A stretch of 64,000 nt of DNA from Raillietiella orientalis. Its lineage: Eukaryota. Location: NCBI GenBank assembly GCA_036172245.1, contig JAYWIR010000010.1, positions 2,604,001 through 2,668,000 of the forward strand, written 5' to 3'. This document shows positions 40,450-52,400 of the stretch, one piece after another. The notes beneath the pieces are model-generated. The model saw only the letters and a program-made list of their open reading frames with translations. It did not search any database and was not told the origin of the DNA. Both the position numbers and the translations under genes were made by a program. The number at the start of each line of letters is the position of its first letter. Within the stretch, counting starts at the first letter, position 1.

Positions 40450-41516
40450 ATGTTAAAGAAAGCAGTAACCAATTGCAAGTTGAAACACTTAAATCGAAAG
40501 AAAGGAATCCATAAAGAAAGTGTTCAGCATGTGAAACCTTTGAGAGCAGAATCAAAGACTGGAAAGCAGTTGGCTAGTAATGCACACAAGATGAAGGATT
40601 CTAGACCTGCATTATTGAGGGTTAGAAAAAGGCCTCTGAAGGGCAAATGGATTAAAAAAAAAGGGATTAATGCAAAAACAAAAGAAACAACTGAAGGTAT
40701 GGATACAAAAGGTTGGGGCGCATCATGCTATTAACATTTATAGGCAGTCTATGCTTTAAAAAAAACAAAGCTTTCCAGACATCAGGTTATGAAACTGCCA
40801 TATGTCGCCTTCAGGCAGCTAAATTTAGAATGTTGAATGAAAAGATGCATCTTCAGAGCAGTGCAGAAAACTTTAATATGTTTCAACAAAATCCTGATTT
40901 ACTTAGTTCGTATCATCAAAGTTACCAGCATCAGTTATCTCAGTGGCCTGTAAATCCACTGCATGCTGTCATTGAATGTGTAAAAAAAATGTATGTAAAG
41001 CTTTCATTTTCTACACAAAGCTTATCTGTGTAGGCCAAAGAAATGGAGAGTGGCAGATTTTGGTTGTGGTGAAGCTAAACTAGCTGCAAGTGTACCTCAA
41101 GAAGTTGTGTCCCTAGATATGTTTGCCCTGAATTCTCATGTGACTGTTTGCAACATGAGTCATACACCTTTGACATCTGAAAGTATGGATGTAGTAATTT
41201 TCTGTCTTTCCTTATTGGGCACTGATCTTGCAGATGTCATAAGAGAAGCTAACAGAGTACTACGCAAAGGGTAAGGAGCTTTATGTGAATTTAATTCTCA
41301 CCTTTTTGTAGAGGGCTTCTCAAAGTAATTGAAGTATCTAGTCGTTTTGAGAATATCCGTAAGTTCCTGAATACTATGAAGATGTTAGGTTTTCAACTAA
41401 AGAAAAAGTCCGTTTCAAATACTGTGTTTCTTTTTCAAGATTTCATCAAATGTTCAGACCCAAAGTCAATAATTCCATCCCTTGTTTTGAAGCCATGTTT
41501 GTATAAAAAAAGATGA
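40450..41516 (+). CDS. RRP8: Ribosomal RNA-processing protein 8 / nucleomethylin (SAM-dependent rRNA m1A methyltransferase)
   Basis: Exons 40450-40696, 40744-40990, 41034-41270, 41312-41516 (introns 47, 43, 41 nt). Motifs KFRMLNEKM, WPVNPL, VADFGCGEAKLA, FCLSLLGT, EANRVLRKGGLLKVIEVSSRF and terminal LKPCLYKKR*. AATAAA near 41655. Confidence 0.93.
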
Positions 41517-42559
41517 TTCTGCGGGATTCTAATTGAATATAAAAGACAGTGGCTCTGAGTAAATTCACTTTGATTAGCAAATTAAGGTGGCAGTCGTGAA
41601 TGATATTCGTGATATTTGAACCTAACTTGTATTGTAGCGAGAACTGTCTATTTTAATAAATTATTTTTGTCATTTGTATGTCATACTTGTGTTTTTGGAA
41701 TTTCAAGCCCATTGAGTGTTATTTCATTAAAAAAACAAAAAAACTTACAGTTGACCTTTAACTTTAAAAGCGATGGAATTCTACATCTGAAGATCATGCA
41801 AGTTGACGGGGTGACAATCATTAATATAATCATAAGCATTAAAGTTATCACCTATTGTTATTAAGCTGGCATGTCCTATGAGAAAACTAGGAAATGCCAG
41901 GAGTTAACATCGTACTAGTTGCCTGCGCAAGTTTAACAGGTGGTGGTTCCTTTGCGGATCTACCTCAATGGGAAACTTTCATCAAGTATATATTTTGACT
42001 AGTAGTTATTTTCAGTGTGCGAGTCAGTGAGGAATAGTGAGCACTTGGAAGTGAGAAGAAACAATTAAGCGAGCAGGAATCACAAAAAACCGTAAAATGA
42101 ATAGGAATTAATCAAGCACCGTAAACAGATTTGCATAAAAAAGTTTCAGTGGGATGAAGCCTACCAGAGTGTAATCTTCACAGGGAATCGAAAAAATCAT
42201 TAAGGTGTTATGGATATTATGAGAAATTTATCATTCCATTTTGAGTCATCAACATCAAAGAGAAAAATTATGCAAATCTGAAAATAAAATGAACGTTATT
42301 CCTTTATTGCAAAAGTTGTGCAATCGCTCAATTGTAATTGTATTGAAGAAAACCCATGTACAATGTATTGCCAGTAGAATTGCCAGGCAACGATGCCATG
42401 AGAGTCCCCAAGTGCATAAAGTGCCCCAATGGCTTACCCACAAATAAAATAACTGAAAACTTATTTCTGGAAATACCATCATTGCTCAGATAATATATAT
42501 GGAGCCGTTTTCAAAAGCTAACACTTGAGAGAACTAACCATAAATGAAGTGATGCAAAT

Positions 42560-44451
42560 GACCTGATGCTGGGCCTAACCGACATTCAGAAAACATTCGA
42601 ATCGGTACTTCACAAAATGCTCCTCAGAATTCTGGAAAAATTGGACTTTTCATGGAAATTCTGCGAATCAGTGAAATCCTCGGAGGAGGCCAACTTTTGC
42701 ATCTGCATCAACCGAGGAGAAAACACCAACTATCCGAATGGAGCAGGAGTCCACCAGGTGATGCCCTGAGCTCTATGCTTTGCTTCCTCTCCGTGGAGGC
42801 GATGGTAACCCTTGTCACCTAAGGCAACAAGGACATTCTATTTGGACAAGGGTCCATCATGACAGAGAGAGAAAGAATAGAAAGCGTGTCTATTCATCAC
42901 GAGCTGATGCACTCTGGAATAGAACTGAAGATCAACCACGATAAGTCAAGCTATTCATCATGGGAATCCCGAATCACTACGCTAATTTTCAACGGATTCA
43001 GGCTAGTCGACATCTAGTACCTTCGCCTATGCTTTGGAGATGCTTCTTCGTCATTGTGGATTCAATGGCGCAGATCTAGAAGGAACCAGCCAATTACTGA
43101 AGGAGAGCACCAACGTGTTGAACAGGGTCTTTTTACCTTAGGTCCTGTTCGGTGCGATTATCGTATACTGTGCTTCTACCGTATACCTGAGACGGTAGGC
43201 AGACAACTGGACAACGTCCAGAGGTTCGCTATTGTAAAAGAAAACGAAGCCACTTGTGCTGAGAGGAAGGTATCACTGAAATGCGGGATCTCGCAAACTT
43301 CACCAAGCTCGAAGACCTCTTAAAACTGATGTACAATCACCAGTTGGGGTGAATGACCACACATTTTAAGGCTCAATAACGGAACACATGCATGATATGA
43401 GGCCGCACTCACCGAGAAAAGAGGACATTGGGCAGAATGGATCCGACACGGCTGGGGGAAAATCTCTCCAACACTGCGGGATTGAATGTAGTGCTAAAGG
43501 CAAAGAAATATGAGGAGCTTGTCATGGTGGTACCTCTTTTCATCTGTATCTCATAAGCAACGGAGAAATGGCTTTCAATAAGACCAGAACTTACCATCAG
43601 AGATTTAAGCAGCTCTCGATAAGCGACTTCCTCAAAACGAGGCCGTTCAAGTAAAGACACAGATTCATGGTTCAGAGTTCAGAGATCTGTGGCAAGGCCG
43701 GAGCTCGGCATGGACTAAGGTTGGCCTCAGAGCCCCGAAAGGTTATGTGAACACCATAAAGGCCGAGGAAGCCTTGGAACCAAAAGTGTAAGGTATGGAT
43801 TGGTGATCCTCAATCCACTGTCGATTGGGACTACCTTTTGGGGTCCAAGATGACATCTGGATGTTTTATTATGAAGAGATTCTGTGCGGCACGAGGATCC
43901 GACATTGATTGGAGAATACGAGAACACCTGCAGAACATCAGAAGACTTGTTCCATATCTTCACCTGCCGGATCCTTGTCCACAACCGGAAAGCGATAAAG
44001 CAAGCAACTAGCCTCGGGAAGTGTAAAGGGAACTTTTTGAAGGACAAGGGAGTGTTCCGAAGTGCAATTCCGTGGTGAGGGCTTCCATTGCTCACATTAC
44101 CCAGAGTATCCTCATAAGGAGGACCAAACTCCAGAAAGGTGTACAAAGGGCTGCGAAGAACATCTTAATGGCACGATTGAAAAGGAAGATTGTCATAAGT
44201 GACTGTGATAGGGTCCTGATTTACCGCAACATTTTAGAATAGACCCGACTGTCAGTTCTACAGTTATTCACAGAATAATTTCCAGGTGCAAGACGATAGA
44301 AAGACATGATGCAAGTTCGAAGTTAATCGCTGTCAACACATGCAAACAGGAAATATTCTTGTCATATCGGTTTATTTTAAATGTTATGTATTTAATTTAA
44401 AGAATTTGATAATCTATTGTAAAATGATGGGCGCACGTTCAGAAAAAAAAA
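42560..44451 (+). mobile_element. 5'-truncated decayed L1/Tx1-like LINE (RT to zinc knuckle, short A tail)
   Basis: DIQKTFESVLHKMLLRILEKLDF (D-KAFDSV-H motif), GVHQ/GDALSSML across a frameshift near 42757 (QGDxLS), CRTSEDLFHIFTC near 43930, A9 at 44443-44451. Confidence 0.8.
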
Positions 44452-44542
44452 TTCCTGTCCTAGACTAGAACTTCAAAACAAATAGCATTTACTTATATCA
44501 CTTAATTATTACCATACTGCCACTGGCTGTTTCAGCCATATA

Positions 44543-44562
44543 TTAGGTTAGGTTATGTTAGG
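44543..44562 (+). repeat. Short interstitial (TTAGG)-type tract
   Basis: TTAGG TTAGG TTATG TTAGG; TTAGG is the common arthropod telomeric unit. Confidence 0.6.
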
Positions 44563-45427
44563 TTGCTTTTATAAAGAGTAAGTCCACTAATGTGAGAAGA
44601 ATAAAAATTGGGGTAATGTTCAGATGTTTGTCGTATGATGTTTGTCGTATGTCGTGTTTTTAATTTGTTCCAGAAATTCATACTCAGGACTCTTCTCAAT
44701 TAACCAATGTAATGATATACATCATGGTGAACTCATAGCACATACAGATTTCTCAAAATGACATCGTTTCCTTCTTTTCGAATTATCCACACAAGTGGGA
44801 ATGAATTTCCAAGGCTAATTACAGGTAGACTTTGTTACACAATGTCAGTTTCGCTAACTGACAAGTCAAAAGATCCTATGTGGGGATTTTTTTTTGATAT
44901 TTGGAATCACTAGGATGAAGACCTCTGACCGAGTGAACACCCACACGGACGACCGTTAGCACAGCAGCATTGCACAAATGCTGTTTTAAAGGCAAAGAAT
45001 GGTTTCTTATCGTAACTTTCGTCATGGATACCAGATTTTAGATATGAAATTGGCAATGAGTATTGTGTTTTCTATTAATTCTATGTAAGTTTGATGAAAA
45101 CAAGTGTCATGCGACTTCAATGGAATACGCACTTCCCGGTGTCTATTTATAAAATCAAATCACTTAATTGAAGTTTCTGATAATTTAGGCATGCTTCCAA
45201 ATGTTTATTTTAATTATAGTTTAAAAATGATATCTATTAAATTAAATGACGCATTTCAAAATAGGCCTAGAATTTTTAACTTAAGCCACGCAAATCAGAT
45301 CGTCAATTACGACCTGTACTTCAGTACTCCTTGTGATTCCTTGGCACATTTGTGTGAATATATATTTATGCATTTCATGTTTTCTACACTTTGAGTGATT
45401 AAAAACGGGTGTGCAAAATACAATGCA

Positions 45428-46805
45428 TTAAAAGTCCATTTTATTCGGTGTGCTGCAAATTGCTTCAAAAGGTGCTGAACCAGTTCTGGATAAATTTGGT
45501 GGCAGATGTAATTTCTTTAAAAGAAGAAAAGTAATGCACTTCATAGATAAGGCACAGACCTCAACTGTGAGTCCTCTGCTTCGCACCCTGATTCCAAGTT
45601 CCAAACTCTCTGGTATGTAAGGTAAAAAACTCTCTCTAAAAGTTAATTTCGGAAGATGTAGCAGTGCTTGGTAATCCGGAAATGATGGGTTTTCAGGCCA
45701 TAGCTGTAATATTGAATCTGCTAAAGCTCTACACTGGCTAACTAATCCAGGTTGCAAAATTCCAGTAGGCAATGTAATGAAACATACACTTCTTGATTCA
45801 CTGAGTAAAGCTTTTAAAAGATACAAAAATGTTAAGAGACAGCATGGAGAACTATTTTCATCTTCCCAAACTGGGGAACCCAAAGATGAAAGCAGAATTC
45901 TCAATACTCTAGGTTTTTCTTCACCAGAACTAAATGAGAATGCAGATTCTTGTAACTTTGCTTTCAAAGATTGAAGCAGCATCCAATATGAAGCATACAA
46001 ATTGCTACTTGGTTCATCTGTAATGAAATAAATCACTTAAATTCAACACAAAAGATAACACACTTAAAGTTCTGATGATCAGGCTGCTTCCATAATGTGA
46101 TAGCAGCATTTTTAATTTGATTGGGATCTAAAGTTTTACTTAAATCAAATCCAAGTTTTTTATGGTGCATGGACGCATTTAGTGAGGCATGTTCAGTTTG
46201 ATGTTGATACTGCCATGCTATCTTCATTTGCACATTTAGATCCCCACACATTGCTTCTCTTTGAATAGACTCCGAAGTATTTGATGATAGCCATGTTTTA
46301 TTATCTACTGGTGCAGGTATTTTGTCAATCTTAAAACATATGTCATTGCACTGTCTTTTTGCATCATTCCATAATCTTACTAAGTTCTGAGGATCATCAT
46401 CAAGATTTGCAACAAACAAACAATGATTTTGCACAACGCCTTCAGCTAAATAATGCTGTGCTATAAGCGAAGCATATTGATTGTCTGCATCTTCCTCTGA
46501 AAAGTTAAATCAACAACAACAAACTACAGTTTGTTACTGACCTAGAAGTACCAGATTTTTTATTGGCATTCCACCTCCTACGAAATCATATTAAGTACAA
46601 AACTATAGCATACTTCAGCTATTATAAATGAAGCACTAATATTTAAGTTAAAACCATTGGTATTCACTTAAGAATGCATACCAATATAATAATCCAGTGA
46701 TGGAATTCCTGAAGAAATTTGGTAAGAGGCATTAAAAATGGAATGGTACATCCCAGGGACATGACAGGTTTTTTGTCCAGCTTTTTGAAAACTGATTGAG
46801 TCCAT
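45428..46805 (-). CDS. ELP4: Elongator complex protein 4
   Basis: Exons 46805-46682, 46577-46542, 46496-46381, 46329-46062, 46017-45560, 45514-45428. Motifs ISSGIPSLDYYIGGGMP, LVLLEED, YLAEGV, MKIAWQY, FDLSK, VLRILLSSLGSPVW, FLYLLKALL, VEKLHLPP, terminal DF*. Confidence 0.92.
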
Positions 46806-48288
46806 GATTTCGCCACGGTTAATCTATCACGTCTCCATCGATTTTAACTTAATGCCATTAGATAACTTCAACTTGAGTTCCCGGCGCATACTTTGTGTGG
46901 GATGCTACATCTTCCATTCAAGTTTGCTTTCTGAAACAGAATTGCCAAGAAAAATACAAGATAATCCTTTTAGGCCCAATAATTCTAAAATGCTTATTAA
47001 AAGTAATTGAAAGGAATATTCGACAGCAATTTGCCCATTATTTTATTTCTTCAAAGTCTGGAATCCAAGGAAATAAATCATGACTTTTTCAAGTGTTTGT
47101 TTCATTCTAATGAAGTGTTGGCAAACATCTGTTTCGTCACAGAATTGGATATCTATTCCGTATATTTCTTTGGAGCTCCCTTTTAATCTTTGTCATATTT
47201 TCCATGAAGACTTGTCAGATTAAACCTTTTTCAGTGTATTTAAATTTAAATTGTTTCATGTATCTGAATGTTTTTAAGCTTATTAAGCATATAGTAGTCA
47301 ACATTCCAATGAGCGTAAAGTCATTTATTCGTATCTTTCATAAGTATGTTTGCGTTTAGTTAAGCAGCTTCTGCTATTTACGAATTCAATTACTCTGGCG
47401 AATTGAAATTCATTGGTTTCTAAATTTAATGATTAAATAAGTATTGAACAGAAATAGTTTTCTGTATTTGTATTTTCGAAATCTTGGATAATCGTCCTTT
47501 TCTTTTATTGGAGTTTACTGGGTCCATAATTAGGTGTTTACTTAACCTCACTTATTAATAATCACTCTAGAGAGGCAAAGTCAATATCGACAAGTTCTTA
47601 TTATTCTAGAATAATCAAATGATTCGTGCCCTTTTTCTCGAGCAGCTTATGAACATTACTGACGAAACGGAGCATGTCGCTATTTTTGTTTTAACTGCGT
47701 TTCAAAACGGCACAGAGCAGTTTTATAAAGTGTATTCAAAAGAGCTGTTTTGATTCCCAACAAATGCACTATTAATGTTTAAGGGGATACGGCGATCGAA
47801 ATACCTTGTGCGTCCTCATTAAAGCGAAAGACCGCTAGAAATTCTTTTTCATCGTATGTCATTATTATGGTATTGTGTTGATCGGAGCGGCCATTGCAGA
47901 AACGAGGCAATGTCTCGAGTAGAGGAAAGAAACGATGCTTTGCGCTTTTCACTTTTCTTGGACCTTTGTATACAATGTTGAGGACGTCAACACTCAAGAG
48001 TCAAACATTAAAATATGAGCCATTTTCCGCATCGCAGTTATTTGTGTAATACTGAAAAACAAAGCTAACGGAAGCTGAGTATTATTTGAAGTAATTCGAC
48101 GCTCATCCACTTATGGTACGCGAAGCAGATGGAAGTTTGAATTTCCAGAGAGACTACGAAAGACTGAAGACTCCTGCCAAGGGCGAAAAGACTTGACCAT
48201 CCAATGCTCAAATATATCCCTTGAGATACGATACGTACGTCGGAGGAACAGAATACATCCGTGGTATGAAGAGGCGTGGTTCCTTGGT

Positions 48289-48301
48289 CAAAAATGGCGA
48301 C
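48289..48301. promoter_or_regulatory. YY1/Pho-type motif (CAAAAATGGCGAC) between divergent ELP4 and MCMDC2
   Basis: Same 13-mer as 32473-32485, in the 2.6-kb head-to-head interval. Confidence 0.35.
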
Positions 48302-49462
48302 CGCTGATGCTTTTCATGGAACAAATGTTCCTTAGAGGATGAGGAGGTTATCGAAACGCACTAAGCTGCTTGCTGCGGAGAACATACGGAATCCATTATG
48401 ATATTGGAATTAAGTGAAGTGTGTGATCAGATGCTGAGAATATTCGTAGTGGTAGCTTTGCAAGCATATTTGTTGGAACATGCTTGAATGTAATTGAAGT
48501 TTTGATCGAGTGGGGAGCGCATGATCCCTTCTCAAGAAGGGATCCTTCTGTTTCTTCTTCTTATGCAATCCATCCAAGGGTTTGTCAAATCAGAGTTCGC
48601 GTTAGAAAAATCGAGATGTAATGGATGTCGGTGTTTTCATTAATCGTGAACGCCGCGCAAGGATTATACGAGGATTAAACAGTGGCACGTTTGGATTCAA
48701 AATGATCTCAGCGTCTTGCTGTTTCTCCACGTTAAATGCATCGCGAGTGGTAATAATCTTTATGTTTAGATTTCATTATGTTTGGGAATTCATGGAAAAG
48801 AGATGACATCTGTTTAGTAATAGTCATGATAGTTTCCCAACGTTAACTTGCCTTTTTTATGCACATCCCTGCCAACTATGGAATTCGAAAGGTTGTTGCA
48901 ATAAATTTGTTTGTGATCTTTACGAATTCTTTGCAAACATCATTTCAGTGGAATTTCGTAAGTCTTTGCAATCTAATACAAATCCATATATTGCTCCATT
49001 ATTTTACTTTTTGGCACTTCACATTCTTGAACAGGTGATTAGTAGTTATGCCAATGTTTATGTGATTATTACGAATTATCTAATATCCCAATTCAGAGGT
49101 AAGGATATGCATTACTCCGTAATGAATCACAAATCACCAACAAAACCGACGGTCTTTGCATAATAAAGCATTTTCTCAGTTAATCCTTTTCCAGAAAAAA
49201 ATACGTTAGCTTATGATACTTCCAATTTTTTTCTTATTTTTAAAAAATCCCGGAAGCACTCTTGAAAAGTTTACAAGCATATTACTCGTTGCTTCCTTCA
49301 GATGGCTTCAGTTTGAGACTTATTTGAGAACTAGACTTTCAGACAAGGAAATGCATACGAATAAACAACCTACATTTATGTATTCCATTCCACTGAGAGT
49401 GTGCTTGAGATTATCCTGTGTCTTTCCTCTTTCTTAGGTTGATAACTTTTGTAGTTTCTATT

Positions 49463-52400
49463 ATGGAAAACGCGAATTGGAAGCTAAAAGAAGCCTGTGT
49501 ATATTTTCTGAATTCAGTTGATTATTTCGAAAGGGTTCGGAAGGAATTTATGTTCCATCCATTTTCGCCTTCTTCGAAAGTATATCGTTTTGTAATTCAC
49601 GTGGATCCTCTGGAGCTTCTTCAGGACTATGGTATGCATCATTCTCTGTCATTTTTTTTTTGTACTACGTCCGTAATAATCAAATCATCCAATAAAATCA
49701 ATTCTTTTGAAATTTCAGTGAATCTTGGAATCATTGTTCTAACAGATGCTTTAAGAAGCAAATCAATTTTCCAGGAAGTCATTTACACAGCTATAACAGT
49801 GTTAGGGCTGAATCGTCTACTGGAACTGAACCAAGTCAATGTGATTATTCGTTTGTTAAAATTGCCTCCAATTGAATACTTCTCCCTCCTTTCAATTAAA
49901 CGTGAGCCTTTCAAACCAGAAACTTATCGATATGGGACGATCACAGGATGCATATTCTCTATTTCTAACAAAATGGATTACACGTAAGCCATAGACATAG
50001 AAAATAAAAGGAAACAGTAGTGAACGTAATCAGGATACATTCCACATGTTTTTTTATGTTTGCCAACTCATAAAGTAAACGCCTTTTGTGATTTCACGTG
50101 ATTTCACTGATTTTCACGTGATCCGTTCAAACAAGTGTTTTGGTACATATCTGGGGGAATGGAACTCAGTTCACGACGATAAAAGAATTTAGGACTTAGT
50201 TAACATTAGAGAAGTGTAGACAAACATGCTCATTGCTTTCGTTTATCCTACGCAAAAAGAGCTCCCAGCAAGTGCTTTCAATGGAATTCTCTAGCGCATA
50301 CTATTCACACTACGTGTGCATGTTTTTGTTTTTTTTTCCGAACGTTTAAAATTTCGTGCGTTGCTGCATCCCTGTTAACGTACTGACACAGGTCAGACTT
50401 TTCGATTGCAGGGAAAAGCGCCACGCTTAAGGGATAGACGTTTCGGAGAATGAGGCTGTAAGTGGAGATGAATGCGAACCTATCTTGTTCGGATCAAGAC
50501 GTAGCAAAAGACTCCCAGAAACTCCGTGCTTCCTTTGCGTAATTAAAAAGAATAAGTCCGAATGCTCAGAAGGTTTGTCATTTGAAAGTTTTCCATTGAA
50601 AATGTGTCCAACTGGACTGCCACTGCGTCTGATGGCTTTGAAGGTTTTTCCTTTTTGATTCAGCTGTTTCAAACTCCCAGCTGTAGCCATATTGAGATTC
50701 TCTTGGTCTTTTGGAAGGAAGAGAAAATAATGCTTGATAGATAGAAAAGTTCTTTTCTAGATATTCTACAAAAGCATAAAAGTGTTGATCGAGGAAAGCA
50801 AAGGTTTCCGAAAGTCTTTTTTCTTCCTCCTTACGTTTTTCAAGGTTGTTCCGAGCCCTATCCGATCCGTGCTCTACTTCTAGAATTCGGTATCGTTTGA
50901 GATCGTCTAATTTCTAGATCGAGCCTTCACCCCAGGTGGGGAAACGTTTCATAGCATACTCTTCTTTATGGACTTTTGCACACATGCGTTTGCAGAGAAG
51001 TGTGTGCGTTCTCAGTTTCTTCCCACTGCCTTAACAGAAAGGAAGACGGTGGACCTTTCTTTAGCAGCAACGAAGAACTCGCAACATTTTGCCTGCCATT
51101 TTCTTCGAACGAGACGTATCAAAACTTTCGGAATGAAAAATGCTTCATACTCGTGGTTTAGCTGAACAGTTCTGTTTATCTCTTTGGTCGACCATTCGTT
51201 TTCTTTTTTTTTGCTTGCATTTTCATTGCAAGAAGCAGGGAGAAATACAAAAGCATAAGAAATTCTCTTAGTTTTCGTGGTTCGCGTTCAACGTATGAGC
51301 ATATGAGTGCGAAATGTGATAATAAAAACAGTCACTGTTCTTGAATTTGCGATTTCCCCGTGGTTCGTCTTAGTGAGCTTCCTTGTAACCACTCTTTGTC
51401 CTCATGAAAGCAGCGACGAAGGAACAGATTTGCAAGAAGTTTTCTGGAAATAACAACCACATATTCGACTTGACTGAGTGATAAAATATAAACTTTCGAA
51501 TTTGGTTCTGAGAAAATATGCACGTGGCATAACTAAATGAATATTTTCGATGCAGAATCTTATTCAGCACATCGAGGCCCCACATCATGTCCACGTTTGC
51601 GTGATTGCTCAACTTTTTCAAGTCCGTTCAGGCTCGTTGATGCTGGAAACGGAAAACTGTTCATGCCAGATGAAATGCTAAAAAGCTTCATTCGTCCGAG
51701 AATTTCATCTCTGAAAATGATTTCGCTGAAATCTTCGCGCTGAAAGCCGTTGTGCAATTTTTACCTATAAATTTGAACACTTCGGTTGCGAATTTAGGGA
51801 AGAAGAAAAGGAAACGAAAAGAAGCTTCTAACTGTGACTGCTCATAAACTTTCCCATAATGATTGTGAAATTCCAGTCGACCAATTGGGATCGAAGTGTT
51901 AGTCAATGAATGTATGGTTCCATGGCTTCAAGAAAGCAAAAGCTATATCGAAAATTGTATAAGAATATCATATTTCTTTCTTTAAACCATTGTATGTAAT
52001 GTATTCTTATACATCAATTTAATTTGAGGTTTGCGCCACTTGACAATTCCAGTACCAAATTTGATAGAATGCATAATTAATAAAATGCCTGTTCGCTGAC
52101 ATGATTCTATCTTTTAAACTTGAAATTTTTATAAGAGCTGTCGTTTCGCAATAAAGCTGGCTTTCCAGAGCAAAGTTGCGAAAAATCCTCAGAACCTTAA
52201 TTTTTGCATCCAAAGTTCATTTCCCTGCCTTGATAAAGTCATAATGGGTTGCTAATCGACCAAAGCATGTAAATAATTGCATCTGCGAATATAAATCATT
52301 AACTTAGAACTAGGTACACTGATCGATCTCAGTTAATGATCGATATCGACATCAGTGCAAGAACGAATAGGTCCATCTTCGCTCCCGATGAATCTTAGAT

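Noticed and set aside
48100..48520. Tc1/IS630-like transposase relic (LKTPAKG, CLNVIEV)
   Set aside because: Motifs are too short and frameshifted; no terminal inverted repeats found.
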